A DNA stretch of 64,000 nucleotides from an uncultured delta proteobacterium (GTDB lineage Bacteria; Desulfobacterota; Desulfuromonadia; Desulfuromonadales; BM103). How positions within the stretch are numbered: position 1 is the stretch's first letter; every line of letters starts with the position of its first letter. Of the stretch, positions 20,112 through 30,309 are shown piece by piece. Below the pieces are notes generated by a model that searched no databases, was not told the DNA's origin, and worked only from the letters and a program-made list of their open reading frames with translations. The position numbers and the translations under genes are program-made. The stretch lies in the NCBI GenBank assembly GCA_963715335.1, contig CAVQRZ010000021.1, positions 1 through 64,000 of the forward strand, in the 5' to 3' direction.

Positions 20112-21014
20112 ATGACCACTGAGCAACGACAAGATATCATAATCACAGGGTTTCTCCTGTTATCCCTGCTTTTGCACCTGCTCCTGCTGCTGGTGCCGAA
20201 AGACGGGCTGTTTCCGGCAGAGATTGCACCACCGCCGGTTTACGTTGAAGTTCGCCCTTCCCAACCACGCGACCGGGAACTCGATCTGCCGATCCGGGAA
20301 GAGCTGGAAAAGCCTCGTCTGAAACCGGCCGAGCGCCTCGCCGAAAAGGACCAGGTCGTAGAGAAGGAGACCGCCCCGGAGGGACGGGACAACGAGGATC
20401 GTGAAAAGGTCGTCCGCGCTCCCGAACAGGTGCAGAAGGTTCCGCAGCCAACTCCGCCACAACCTGAACCGATGCAGGAGAAAGCCCCGGCCGACAAATC
20501 TGACCAGACACTGCCGGAGACTGCAGAGGGCTGGAAGCGGCAGAAGACCGAGCCCGCCCCCAAGCTTCCAGACCTGCAAACCCTGACCCAGATTTCACCC
20601 CAGGCCATGGCACAAATAGAAAGTGACTGGCGGCAGAAATATCGCAAGGACATTGAACGGGGCGATACTGTCTGGATGGACACTCAGCAGGACTTGCTGA
20701 TCTCCTTCATGCGCCGCTTCCGCAACAACATTTACGGGGTATGGAATTACCCTGAATCCGCCAGGAGGCAAAACCAGCAGGGCTCCTGCCTGATTCGCGT
20801 CACGGTCGATCGCGACGGCAACGTCACCGATGTAATCCTGATGGAAAGCTCCGGATCTCGCGTCCTCGACGACGAAGCGATGCGCGCCATACGGCAGGGG
20901 GCCACCTATGGGCCATTGCCAAGAGCCTACCCGAATGAGTATCTGCACATCATGGGTTTATTCAATTACAGTCTCAGTGGCAGCAGCAACTACCAGCGCC
21001 GCTCCCTCTATTAA
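20112..21014 (+). CDS. TonB-family energy transducer
   Basis: N-terminal TM with SLLLH, Pro-rich linker, TonB_C (WNYPESARR...SSGSRVLDDEA). Confidence 0.85.
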   Translation: MTTEQRQDIIITGFLLLSLLLHLLLLLVPKDGLFPAEIAPPPVYVEVRPSQPRDRELDLPIREELEKPRLKPAERLAEKDQVVEKETAPEGRDNEDREKVVRAPEQVQKVPQPTPPQPEPMQEKAPADKSDQTLPETAEGWKRQKTEPAPKLPDLQTLTQISPQAMAQIESDWRQKYRKDIERGDTVWMDTQQDLLISFMRRFRNNIYGVWNYPESARRQNQQGSCLIRVTVDRDGNVTDVILMESSGSRVLDDEAMRAIRQGATYGPLPRAYPNEYLHIMGLFNYSLSGSSNYQRRSLY

Positions 21015-21059
21015 GAACCATGCCCTCTTTCCTTTTCTTGAAAGGCTTAAAAGCAAAAC

Positions 21060-21505
21060 CGGCGGGTCGTGTCCCGCCCGACGCCATACGCATGAAACGG
21101 GGACACGTAACAAGTACATGTCCCCATTTCACTATGCAAAAACGCCTTCTCCTTGCGGAGGGCATCTCCTTTGCCGGAGGTCTGTGACTTCAAGAACCTG
21201 CTGTGATGGGGATCCGGCCCTGTGTCAAAGGGCCTGACCTTGCCGTGTGATTTACATGGGAAAAGCAAAACAACCCCTACCGACGCAAACCTCCACAGCA
21301 GGAGAGGCTCTCAAGAGCCTCGGCTCCTGCGGGGGAAGCGTAGACTCCTGATCGTTTAGAACGATCCGGATTGAGGTTGCCACCTTGACGAACCAGACAT
21401 GCCCAGCGCAGCGCAGGCCTTTTTCTGCTTACTCTTTTGGGCCAGCAAAAGAGTAAGGCGCAGTCGGGGGGCGCAACCCCCGGGTTCTGTTTTTGTCTTT
21501 GTTTT
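21060..21505. repeat. Cluster of palindromic REP/MITE-like elements
   Basis: AAACGGGGACACGTA/TACATGTCCCCATTT (21095-21129), GAGGCTCT/AGAGCCTC, CTTACTCTTTTG/CAAAAGAGTAAG (21428-21457), CGGGGG-GCGCAA-CCCCCG. Confidence 0.5.
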
Positions 21506-21613
21506 CCAGAGAACAACAGCAAAGGGCAACAGATGAACCATCTGTTGCCCTAAAATTCATAAGACTTCCACCTGCCAGACAAAAACAGCATCACGTGTGG
21601 GGTTTGTCAACCA

Positions 21614-21647
21614 GCGGAGGGCCGGTCATCAATGACCGGCCTTCCGC
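21614..21647. terminator. Hairpin downstream of gcvPB
   Basis: GCGGAGGGCCGGTCAT-CA-ATGACCGGCCTTCCGC. Confidence 0.55.
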
Positions 21648-21671
21648 CTTGCCTCTTGCCCTCACTTCACG

Positions 21672-23132
21672 CTACTCGTTCCCCTCCCATTTCAGTCTCG
21701 GTTTTCGCGCAGCCGTCGTCTCATCAAGCCTTCTGACCCGGGACCGCATCGGGGCCTTGAGCAACAGGTCCGGATTGTCACGGGCCTCACCGGCAATGGC
21801 AATCATGGCATCACAGAATTCGTCGAGCACTTCCCGGCTCTCCGTCTCGGTCGGTTCGATCATGATCGCGCCCTTGACCACCAGCGGGAAATAGATGGTC
21901 GGCGGATGATAACCGTAGTCAATCAGCCGTTTCGCCACATCCAGAGTATGACAGCCGCCTTCAAGGTCCTTGTCCGAGAAGATGACCTCGTGCAGCGAGC
22001 GGTTTTTGTACGGCAGGTCATAGACACCCTCGAGCCGTGCCCGGATGTAGTTGGCATTGAGCACTGCCATCTCACTGGCATGCCTCAAGCCCGCGCCACC
22101 CATGCTGCGGATATAAGAGTAAGCCCGCACCATGACACCGACGTTGCCATGGAAAGCCATCAGGCGCCCGATCGAGCTGGCATGGTCGGTCTCGAAACGA
22201 TACTCGTCGCCAACACGTTCCACTCCCGGCCCCGGCAGGTAGGGGATCAGCTCTTCGGTGACACCGACCGGTCCGGCACCCGGACCACCGCCGCCATGGG
22301 GTGTGGAAAAGGTCTTATGCAGGTTGAAATGCATGACGTCGATCCCCATGTCACCTGGACGGGCGATACCCATCAGGGCATTGAGGTTGGCGCCGTCGCA
22401 ATAGACTAGGCCGCCCCGATCATGGACCAGTTTGCAGATCGCCTCGATATTCGTTTCGAACAGGCCAAGGGTGTTCGGATTGGTCACCATCAGCGCGGCA
22501 ACCTCATCATTCATGTGCGCCTCGACTTCTTCGAGGGTGAGGATTCCCTCCGAAGCAATCGGCACGACGTCGTAGCCGGCCAGGGCCGCAGTTGCCGGGT
22601 TGGTGCCGTGGGCCGTGTCGGGAATCAACACCTTCGAGCGCTTGCTGTTGCGCGCTTCGTGCCGGGCGCGGATCACCAGCATCCCTGCGAGTTCACCATG
22701 TGCACCTGCCGCTGGCTGCAAGGTAACCCGGGCGAAACCGGAGACTTCGGCCAGAGAGGACTGCAGGTTGTACATCAGCTCCAGGATTCCCTGGGCCAGA
22801 TGCGGCGGGGTTGCCGGGTGGATGTCGGCGAGGCCCGGCAGGCGAGCCGCAATCTCATTCACTTTGGGGTTGTACTTCATGGTGCAGCTGCCCAAAGGAT
22901 AGAACCCGGAATCAACACCATAGTTCCAGGTTGACAGGCGTGTGAAGTGACGGACGACATCGACTTCGGATAATTCGGGGAAGCCCGCGATTTCATCCCG
23001 GCAGAGTTCGGCGGGCAGGGTCGCTTCAGGTACATCAAGCTTCGGCAGGCTGTAGCCCTTGCGCCCCGGGACGGAATGCTCAAAGAGCAGTTTTTCGTTC
23101 AGGACAAGTCCGCTGGTACCAAGGATCGTCAT
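21672..23132 (-). CDS. gcvPB: Glycine dehydrogenase subunit 2
   Basis: YPLGSCTMKYNP, HFNLHKTFSTPHGGGGPG. Confidence 0.96.
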   Translation of the reverse strand: MTILGTSGLVLNEKLLFEHSVPGRKGYSLPKLDVPEATLPAELCRDEIAGFPELSEVDVVRHFTRLSTWNYGVDSGFYPLGSCTMKYNPKVNEIAARLPGLADIHPATPPHLAQGILELMYNLQSSLAEVSGFARVTLQPAAGAHGELAGMLVIRARHEARNSKRSKVLIPDTAHGTNPATAALAGYDVVPIASEGILTLEEVEAHMNDEVAALMVTNPNTLGLFETNIEAICKLVHDRGGLVYCDGANLNALMGIARPGDMGIDVMHFNLHKTFSTPHGGGGPGAGPVGVTEELIPYLPGPGVERVGDEYRFETDHASSIGRLMAFHGNVGVMVRAYSYIRSMGGAGLRHASEMAVLNANYIRARLEGVYDLPYKNRSLHEVIFSDKDLEGGCHTLDVAKRLIDYGYHPPTIYFPLVVKGAIMIEPTETESREVLDEFCDAMIAIAGEARDNPDLLLKAPMRSRVRRLDETTAARKPRLKWEGNE

Positions 23133-24478
23133 GCTGCACCTCCTTGCAGTGCAGCAATCAGCCCTTCAATCTCGCCACGCTGATTCTGTTCGGTTACACA
23201 GACCAGGAAACAATCCGCAAGTTCCGGGTAATCATCACCCAGGGCAAGACCACCGAGGATTCCGGCTTTTTCCAACCGGCCAAGCACTTCAGCCACCGGC
23301 TTTTCTGAACGGACGACGAATTCGTTGAACGAAGGACCGTCAAACGCCAGGCTGAAGCCTTTGACGCCGGCGATCTGCTGACGGGCATAGGTCGCCTTGG
23401 CCAGGTTCTGCTCGGCCATCTCGCGAAGGCCCTGTTTGCCCAGCAGGCTCATGAAGATCGTCGCCACCAGAGCGCACAGGCCCTGGTTCGAGCAGATATT
23501 CGAGGTCGCCTTTTCGCGACGGATATGCTGCTCGCGCGTCGACAAAGTCAACACGAAACCACGCTGACCGTCGAGGTCAGTCGTCTCGCCGACCAGACGG
23601 CCGGGCATAGCACGGACATCCTTCTGGCGCACGGTAAAGAAGCCTACATACGGGCCGCCGAAAGCGAGCGGCAGGCCAAAACTCTGGCCGTCACCAGCAA
23701 CGATATCGACGCCGAGTTCGCCGGGAGCCTTAAGCAGTCCCAGGGCGACGGGCTCCGCAACAGCTGCGACCATGCGGGCTCCGACGGCATGGGCTCGTTC
23801 AGACAAGGTGGCCAGATCTTCGACCACGCCGAAATAGTTCGGATAACCGGCAACCACTGCCGCCGTTGTATCGTCCAACTTGGCCACCAGGTCCTCGAGG
23901 TCAGTCCGGCCATCGTCTGCAACAGCAATATCAATCAGTTCCAGACCGAGATAAAGGCAATAGGTCGCCACGGTTGTCCGGTACCGCGGGTTGAGTGCCC
24001 GCGACAAAAGCACCCGCTTGCGGCGGGTCAGACGTACCGCCATCAGGACCGCTTCGGCACAGGCCGATGCGCCATCGTACATGGAGGCGTTGGCGACATC
24101 CATGCCGGTCAACTGGCAGACCATGGTCTGGAATTCGAAGATTGCCTGCAGAGTCCCTTGACTGATTTCCGGCTGGTAGGGTGTATAAGCAGTGTAAAAT
24201 TCACTGCGCGATATCAGCAGGTCGATTGCCGCCGGGCTGAAGTGGTGATAGGCACCGCCACCGAGAAAGCTTACATGATTCGATGGCGTTGCATTTTTTG
24301 CCGCCAGGCCTTTGAGTTCACGCAGCAGTTCGGTCTCGCTGACCGGTTCCGGCAGATCAAGAGGACGCTTGAGACGTACCGCACCGGGCACCTCGACGAA
24401 CAGGTCTTCGAGGCTCTTTACCCCGACCCGTCCCAGCATCTCGCTCACATCCGCTGCAGTATGCGGGATATAGCGCAT
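23129..24478 (-). CDS. gcvPA: Glycine dehydrogenase subunit 1
   Basis: MRYIPHT start, YTPYQPEISQG, NASMYDG, REQHIRREKATSNICSNQ. Confidence 0.96.
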   Translation of the reverse strand: MRYIPHTAADVSEMLGRVGVKSLEDLFVEVPGAVRLKRPLDLPEPVSETELLRELKGLAAKNATPSNHVSFLGGGAYHHFSPAAIDLLISRSEFYTAYTPYQPEISQGTLQAIFEFQTMVCQLTGMDVANASMYDGASACAEAVLMAVRLTRRKRVLLSRALNPRYRTTVATYCLYLGLELIDIAVADDGRTDLEDLVAKLDDTTAAVVAGYPNYFGVVEDLATLSERAHAVGARMVAAVAEPVALGLLKAPGELGVDIVAGDGQSFGLPLAFGGPYVGFFTVRQKDVRAMPGRLVGETTDLDGQRGFVLTLSTREQHIRREKATSNICSNQGLCALVATIFMSLLGKQGLREMAEQNLAKATYARQQIAGVKGFSLAFDGPSFNEFVVRSEKPVAEVLGRLEKAGILGGLALGDDYPELADCFLVCVTEQNQRGEIEGLIAALQGGAA

Positions 24479-24482
24479 CGAT

Positions 24483-24869
24483 TCAGCTCTCCTCTGCAAT
24501 CAGGGCCTGGTACGCTTCTGCATCCATCAGCGCGTCAGCATCGCTGGCTTCGGCCATGCGGATCTTGACCATCCAACCATCCTCGTAAGGGGAGGTGTTG
24601 ATAATCTCGGGCGCGTCGATCAGGTCATCGTTGATCTCTTCGATCGTACCGGTGAGCGGCGCATAGACATCGGAGACAGCCTTGACTGACTCGACAACGC
24701 CAAAGGCCTTGCCGGCCTCGACACTCGCACCGACCTCGGGGAGCTCGACAAAAACCACATCACCCAGGGCGTCCTGGGCAAAATCGGTAATGCCGACCAC
24801 AGCCAGGTCTTCCTCGACCATGACCCACTCGTGCTCTTCTGTGTACTTTAACTCTTCCGGAAATTCCAT
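24483..24869 (-). CDS. gcvH: Glycine cleavage system H protein
   Basis: [13 protein letters not shown] lipoyl-Lys motif. Confidence 0.96.
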   Translation of the reverse strand: MEFPEELKYTEEHEWVMVEEDLAVVGITDFAQDALGDVVFVELPEVGASVEAGKAFGVVESVKAVSDVYAPLTGTIEEINDDLIDAPEIINTSPYEDGWMVKIRMAEASDADALMDAEAYQALIAEES

Positions 24870-24943
24870 GGCTTTCTCCTTGCTGTCTGTAAACCCCGGG
24901 CAGCCAGGGTCGATGATGAAAGTTTCTGTTCGTATAGTGACGC

Positions 24944-26032
24944 TTACGCGACGAAAGGTGGACGGACCACTTTCGCCCTCATGCGACGATTGCGGACGAC
25001 AATCTCCAGTTCCGTGTCAGCCGCGGCAGCTTCCGGCGCTACCAGCGCCAGGGCAATACCGACCTTGAGGCACGGCGACATGGTTCCGCTGGTCACCACA
25101 CCTACTTCACTGTCGCCCAGGAAGACCGGGTATCCTTCTCGAGGGATGCCGCGTTCGAGCATGCTCAGCCCGACTCGCCGACGCGGCACGCCGTCAGTCT
25201 TCTGGGTTACCAGAGCAGCTTTGCCGACAAAGTCGTTCTTGTCAAGCTTGGTGATCCATGCCAGCCCGGCTTCGAGCGGGGAGATCTCGCGGGAGAGCTC
25301 GTGGCCGTACAGGGCATAGCCTTTTTCCAGGCGCAGGGTGTCGCGTGCGCCCAGGCCAATCGGCTGAAGCCCGTACGGGCGCCCGGCGTTCATCAATTTC
25401 TGCCAGAGATCCTCGGCAGCTGCCGCAGGAAGATAGAGCTCAAAGCCATCTTCGCCGGTATAGCCGGTCCGCGACACGATCATCTGCAGCCCGCCGACTT
25501 CACCCACGCTGAAATGATAGTAGGCCAGCTGCGCCAGGGGCAGGTCTGTCAGGCAGGCGAGAATCTTTTCCGACTCGGGTCCCTGCAGGGCGATCTGGGC
25601 GAACTCCTTGCTGCGGTTGACGAGAGAGACATCCGAGAGCGACGAATCAGCGTGCACCTGCTGCATCCAGGTAAAGTCCTTGTCAATATTGGCGGCGTTG
25701 ACACAGAACATGAAGCGGGTCTCGCTGAAGCGATAGAGGGTTACGTCGTCAACGATACCTCCCTCCGGATAACAGAACGCTGAATACTGGACCTGGCCGT
25801 CGACCAGCTTTGCAGCATCATTTACGGTCAACAACTGGATGTAGGCCAGGGCGTTGGTCCCGGTGACTTCTATTTCACCCATGTGTGAAACATCAAAGAG
25901 GCCGGCAGCCAGGCGGACGGCAAGGTGCTCTTCTATTACGCCGGCATACTGCACCGGCATGTCCCAGCCACCGAAATCGACCATCCGCGCACCGAGGTCA
26001 CGATGAATCTGGTTCAAGGGGGTCTTTTGCAT
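24944..26032 (-). CDS. gcvT: Aminomethyltransferase
   Basis: [38 protein letters not shown]. Confidence 0.96.
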   Translation of the reverse strand: MQKTPLNQIHRDLGARMVDFGGWDMPVQYAGVIEEHLAVRLAAGLFDVSHMGEIEVTGTNALAYIQLLTVNDAAKLVDGQVQYSAFCYPEGGIVDDVTLYRFSETRFMFCVNAANIDKDFTWMQQVHADSSLSDVSLVNRSKEFAQIALQGPESEKILACLTDLPLAQLAYYHFSVGEVGGLQMIVSRTGYTGEDGFELYLPAAAAEDLWQKLMNAGRPYGLQPIGLGARDTLRLEKGYALYGHELSREISPLEAGLAWITKLDKNDFVGKAALVTQKTDGVPRRRVGLSMLERGIPREGYPVFLGDSEVGVVTSGTMSPCLKVGIALALVAPEAAAADTELEIVVRNRRMRAKVVRPPFVA

Positions 26033-26133
26033 GGGCTCTCTCCTTATTCAACTCTACACAGTTGTCCATTCAGCCACAAAGACACCAAGACACAAATGGA
26101 TCAATTATCCGCAGCGCTGCACCTTCAAGAACT

Positions 26134-26988
26134 TCACGCCAGTAGCGCAGGAATCTTGTCTTCGTGCCCGAGGGTCATCAGGTGAACACCCTGGCAAAGG
26201 TCCCTGGCCCAGGCAACTGTCTCGCGAGCGATGGCAATGCCCTCCACCATCGGATCAGCGGCTTTGTCGAGGCGTTCGACCAAATCGTCGGGGACCTGCA
26301 CTCCCGGGATATTGTCATTGAGGAAACGCGCCATTTTGCCGCTGCGCACCAGCAGCACCCCGGCGATCACCGGCACACCCAGCGGCTGCATGGCGCACAC
26401 GAACCGCTCCATGACCCCGCGTTGAAAGACCGCCTGAGTCTGGAAAAACCGGGCCCCGCTTTCAACCTTTTTCGCCACCTTCTGAAACATCAGCTCAAAC
26501 GGCTCCGCCGTCGGATTGGCCGCTGCGCCGGGAAAGAACTTCGGCACGCCGTTGAGCGGTTTGCCGACCATGTCGACCCCGTCCATCAGGCCGCTGGTCA
26601 TCGCAAGCAACTGGACCGAATCAAGGTCGAAGACCGGCCTTGCATCAGGTTGGTCACCAAACTTGCTATGATCACCCGAAAGCAGCAACAGGTTCTCAAT
26701 ACCGAACGACGCAGCTCCGAGCAGATCGGACTGCAGGGCGATGCGATTCCGGTCGCGGCAGGTCAGCTGCAGGATCGTCTCCGTACCGGACTGCTGCAAG
26801 CACGCCGCCAGGGCCAGCGACGACAGACGCATATTGGCCCCCTGGTTGTCAGTGACGTTAACCGCGGTAACCCCGACGAATTTTTTGGCTTCACCAAACG
26901 CCGGCGCCAGGTTGGTGCCTTTCGGCGGGGCGATTTCGGCAGTTACAACGAACTGACCATCAGCCAACTGCTCAGATAATAGCGACAT
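26134..26988 (-). CDS. metF: Methylenetetrahydrofolate reductase, catalytic subunit
   Basis: Start MSLLSEQ; VTAEIAPPKG, LTCRDRNRIALQS, FFQTQAVF, GVHLM. Confidence 0.9.
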   Translation of the reverse strand: MSLLSEQLADGQFVVTAEIAPPKGTNLAPAFGEAKKFVGVTAVNVTDNQGANMRLSSLALAACLQQSGTETILQLTCRDRNRIALQSDLLGAASFGIENLLLLSGDHSKFGDQPDARPVFDLDSVQLLAMTSGLMDGVDMVGKPLNGVPKFFPGAAANPTAEPFELMFQKVAKKVESGARFFQTQAVFQRGVMERFVCAMQPLGVPVIAGVLLVRSGKMARFLNDNIPGVQVPDDLVERLDKAADPMVEGIAIARETVAWARDLCQGVHLMTLGHEDKIPALLA

Positions 26989-27008
26989 AAATTGATAGCG
27001 CCAGTACG

Positions 27009-27665
27009 CTAACGACCGCCGTCTTTCAGACGATAGCGGCCTGGCTTGCGGCGGCGGCTCCAATTCTTCGGCGGCACCCGGCGGGCAAAGACTCCTTGCC
27101 GCTGCTGTTTCTGCAGGCGCTCATAAATCAGCCTCCAGGCGCACTCGATCTCCGGGTCAACTTCGCAATGACCATCTTCCATGCCCCCACACGGACCGTT
27201 CAACAACCCCTTGGCACAGGTTGTCACAGGGCATATCCCGGCGGTTTCATTGAGGATACAGTCGCCGCACAGAGAGCACATCTCCTCGTAATGACCGAAG
27301 CGACGCACGTTGCCGAGAAACATAGAGTTCAGACCACCGACGACCTGTTTTTCCACATTGGAAGAGATTGACTGCACACCAGATCCGCAGGCAAGGACAA
27401 CCAGCGCGTCGGCTTCATGAAGGGCATTCTTGTGGTGTCGCAGATCGCGGGCCGCACGCATAATGTGGCAGGCCTCATCGATGATGACACTGCCGGTCAC
27501 GTCCTTGCCCTGCTCCAGAAGCCATTCCTGCAGTTTAAAGACTTCTTCTTCGCCGCCGGCCTTGCACGCGGTCGCGCAGGCGGCACAACCCACCAGGAAA
27601 AGCCTGTTGAATTCAGACAGGGTCTTCTGCAGGTCCTCGAGAGGTTTCAGTTCGCTGATTATCAT
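27009..27665 (-). CDS. metV: MTHFR small Fe-S/Zn subunit (MetV-like)
   Basis: GCAACATAC, CSLCGDC...CPVTTCAKGLLNGPCGG...C...CAW; directly upstream of metF. Confidence 0.8.
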   Translation of the reverse strand: MIISELKPLEDLQKTLSEFNRLFLVGCAACATACKAGGEEEVFKLQEWLLEQGKDVTGSVIIDEACHIMRAARDLRHHKNALHEADALVVLACGSGVQSISSNVEKQVVGGLNSMFLGNVRRFGHYEEMCSLCGDCILNETAGICPVTTCAKGLLNGPCGGMEDGHCEVDPEIECAWRLIYERLQKQQRQGVFARRVPPKNWSRRRKPGRYRLKDGGR

Positions 27666-27771
27666 TTATTAATCGGTGGCTGGTTGCCGGGGGCTGGTCA
27701 CTGGGGAAACCAGGCCCGCAATTCGAAGGCAAAACGGCCCGGAGCGTTCAAACCCATCGGACCGTGAATCT

Positions 27772-28626
27772 TTACTGTTGGGCCGCGCGGCGCTTGGCGC
27801 CTTCGACCGTGTTGTAGAGCAGCATGGTGATCGTCATCGGGCCGACGCCACCGGGAACGGGAGTGATGGCGCTGGCACGCGCTTTCGCCGCTTCAAACTC
27901 GACATCGCCAACCAGCTTCTTTTCGCCAACCCGGTTGACACCAACATCAATGACCACAGCGCCCGCCTTGATCCAGTCGCCCTTGATCATCTCGGGACGG
28001 CCGACAGCGGCAATCAGGACATCAGCCTGGCCAACCTTGGCCGGCAGGTCTTTGGTGCGGGAATGGCAGAGCGTGACCGTGGCATGCTGGGCAAGACACA
28101 TCATGGCCACCGGTTTGCCGACGATATTGGAACGGCCAACCACCACGACTTCCTTGCCGGTCAGGTCAACGCCGGTATGCTCGAGCATTTTCATGACCCC
28201 GAAGGGGGTACACGGCTGGAACAGCGGGTTGCCGGTCGCCAGGCGTCCGACATTGTAAGGGTGGAAGCCATCCGCATCCTTGGCCGGCGAAATCGCCTCA
28301 AGGACCTTGCTCTCGTCAATGTGGTCGGGGAGCGGCAACTGCACCAGGATGCCATCGATACGGGGGTCCTGGTTCAATTCATCGATCAGTGCCAGCAACT
28401 GTGCTTCGGTCGTCTCGGCTGGCAACTTGTGCTCGTCAGAAAAGATACCCGCGGTCTCGCAGGCTTTCTCCTTCATCGTCACATAAACCCGGCTCGCCGG
28501 GTCATCTCCGACCAGGACTACTGCCAGGCCAGGGGTCACCCCCCGCTCTTTCAATGCGGCCACGTCGGCAGCAATTTCTGCGCGTATATCGGCGGCAATC
28601 GCCTTGCCATCAATGATCTTGTCCAC
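27772..28626 (-). CDS. folD: Methylene-THF dehydrogenase/cyclohydrolase
   Basis: [37 protein letters not shown]. Confidence 0.97.
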   Translation of the reverse strand: MDKIIDGKAIAADIRAEIAADVAALKERGVTPGLAVVLVGDDPASRVYVTMKEKACETAGIFSDEHKLPAETTEAQLLALIDELNQDPRIDGILVQLPLPDHIDESKVLEAISPAKDADGFHPYNVGRLATGNPLFQPCTPFGVMKMLEHTGVDLTGKEVVVVGRSNIVGKPVAMMCLAQHATVTLCHSRTKDLPAKVGQADVLIAAVGRPEMIKGDWIKAGAVVIDVGVNRVGEKKLVGDVEFEAAKARASAITPVPGGVGPMTITMLLYNTVEGAKRRAAQQ

Positions 28627-28656
28627 GGACTAAACCTCCTCTGGGATGAGACTAAG

Positions 28657-28685
28657 ACTATACGCAACGAGGATGGGCTTGTAAA
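28657..28685 (-). promoter_or_regulatory. sigma70-like promoter of folD-metV-metF-gcv operon
   Basis: TTTACA-17 nt-TATAGT on minus strand. Confidence 0.55.
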
Positions 28686-28784
28686 GATGTGAAGGGGTCC
28701 GTTTAACGGAAAAAACCTGTTCCCATGACCTTCTTTGATTTCGGTCCCGGTTTGCGCTTCACGACACAAGCCGTACCTCGCACT

Positions 28785-29861
28785 CTATTCTCTCTCCCTG
28801 CGCTTCTGTGTCTGGACCCGCTTGTACATCTTGCCGAAGTTTTTGTCCCTGCGGCGCTTCTCGACCAGCGTCTCCTCGGTCCGTTCCCGCTCGGCACACA
28901 ACTTGAGATAGTTTTCCAGTCGTCGTGGATCAAGCTCACCACGTTCGGCAGCTTGCGCCACTGCGCAGCCCTTCTCTCCCTGGTGACGGCAGTCACTGAA
29001 GCGACAGTCACGGGCCGCTGTTTCGATCTCTTCGAAGAGTGTGGCGACACCTTCTTCGCAGTCGCTCAGCTGCAATTCGCGCAGACCGGGACTGTCCAGG
29101 AGCAACCCGCCACCGGGCAGCAGGTGCAGAGAGCGTCCGGTGGTCGTGTGGCGGCCTTTGCCATCGCCATCACGCACCGCGCCTATCTCCTGCACAGCCC
29201 TGGCACTCAGAGTATTGACCAGTGTCGACTTGCCGACCCCGCTTGAGCCAACCAGGGCCACGGTCCGACCTGCCTTGCACCAGGGGTCGAGCCTATTCGC
29301 GACGGCAGCATCCTTGGCATTGACTGCAATAACCGCCAGGTCGACATGGAGAGTCCGGGCCTGGACCGCAAAGTCATCGACACTGTCAACCAGGTCCGCC
29401 TTGGTCAGCACGACCACCGGCTCGACCCGTGCGTCCAGGGCCAGGGCAAGGTAGCGTTCGAGACGGGAGAGGTTGAATTCCTGGTTACAGGAAGTGACGA
29501 TAAACAGGGTGTCAACATTGGCCGCCATCAACTGCACCCGGGCATCGCGTCCGGAGGCCATACGCTTGAAAAGGCTGGTGCGCTCCAGGACACGGATGGG
29601 CTGTCCCTCGTCATCAACCAGCACCCAGTCACCAACGGTGGGAAGACTTTCAACCGGATAATTCAGCCAGGCGACCGGAAGCTTAAACTGCCTGCGACCA
29701 GATTCGCCGACCACCTCAACCAGGTGCCGGTTCAAAGCGAACACCCGTACGGGCAGGGTCGCGTCCCACTCCTCAAGGCTTAGCTGTTGCTGGAAAGAAT
29801 GGTTCCAGCCAAGCTCCGGCAGGGAGAAATGTTCTTCAGACATTAACTTGGCCCTGATCAA
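28785..29861 (-). CDS. rsgA: Ribosome small subunit-dependent GTPase A
   Basis: TKAD, GSSGVGKSTLVN, GRHTTT, DSPGLRE, CRFSDCRH...C; start may be ATG at 29843. Confidence 0.93.
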   Translation of the reverse strand: MIRAKLMSEEHFSLPELGWNHSFQQQLSLEEWDATLPVRVFALNRHLVEVVGESGRRQFKLPVAWLNYPVESLPTVGDWVLVDDEGQPIRVLERTSLFKRMASGRDARVQLMAANVDTLFIVTSCNQEFNLSRLERYLALALDARVEPVVVLTKADLVDSVDDFAVQARTLHVDLAVIAVNAKDAAVANRLDPWCKAGRTVALVGSSGVGKSTLVNTLSARAVQEIGAVRDGDGKGRHTTTGRSLHLLPGGGLLLDSPGLRELQLSDCEEGVATLFEEIETAARDCRFSDCRHQGEKGCAVAQAAERGELDPRRLENYLKLCAERERTEETLVEKRRRDKNFGKMYKRVQTQKRRERE

Positions 29862-29984
29862 TCAAGATGGCTCCTCGGGTTGTCGGCAATGCGTGATTCT
29901 ATCCCAGGCGGAAGGTCACAGGCAAGCACCGGAACTTCAGAATCAAAAGACTGTCAAAAGCGTCGCGCAGAAGCGCGGACGCAT

Positions 29985-30077
29985 AAAAAATGCCCCGATT
30001 CCTGGAGGGGAAGGTCGGGGCGAAGAACTCTGTGCATCCAAGTTGGATGTGCAACAGAGTGTCATGTATCTTTTTGT
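29985..30077 (-). ncRNA. Candidate small RNA (promoter-to-terminator unit without a credible ORF)
   Basis: TTGACT-17-TATGTT at 30112-30084; internal hairpin TGCACATCCAACTTGGATGCACA; terminator GCCCCGACCTTCCCCTCCAGGAATCGGGGCA-TTTTTT. Confidence 0.5.
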
Positions 30078-30122
30078 GCGATGAACATAACCGATAAGTC
30101 ATTCGGAGTCAACAGATAAGAA

Positions 30123-30269
30123 AGACAGCAACGGAACCGTGAAGCCGCCTGGCAGGGGCGATGGGCCACGCAGTAGTAAACGGCGGGGAACCGAATCCGC
30201 CCAGGTAGTTAAACGCCTTGTTTCGGCAACCAGACCTTCACACGGAGCCCATCGCCTAAACTGCTGTCT
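30123..30269. other. Unassigned structured element with alternative pairings
   Basis: AGACAGCA/TGCTGTCT ends; CCGTGAAG/CTTCACACGG; GGCGATGGGC/GCCCATCGCC; GGCGG/CCGCC hairpin. Confidence 0.45.
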
Positions 30270-30309
30270 ATGAGTGATCGATCCGCTCTCTGCACAGCCA
30301 GCAGAAGCA

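Noticed and set aside
26033..26133. Glycine riboswitch before gcvT
   Set aside because: About 100 nt with no aptamer architecture; contains only a short CAAAGACAC/CCAAGACAC repeat
30123..30269. Fluoride or ZTP riboswitch
   Set aside because: GGCGATGG is present but the fluoride GTTCGCC/TGATG elements are not; the ZTP GACTGGCG...CGCCTGGGC pairing is not found
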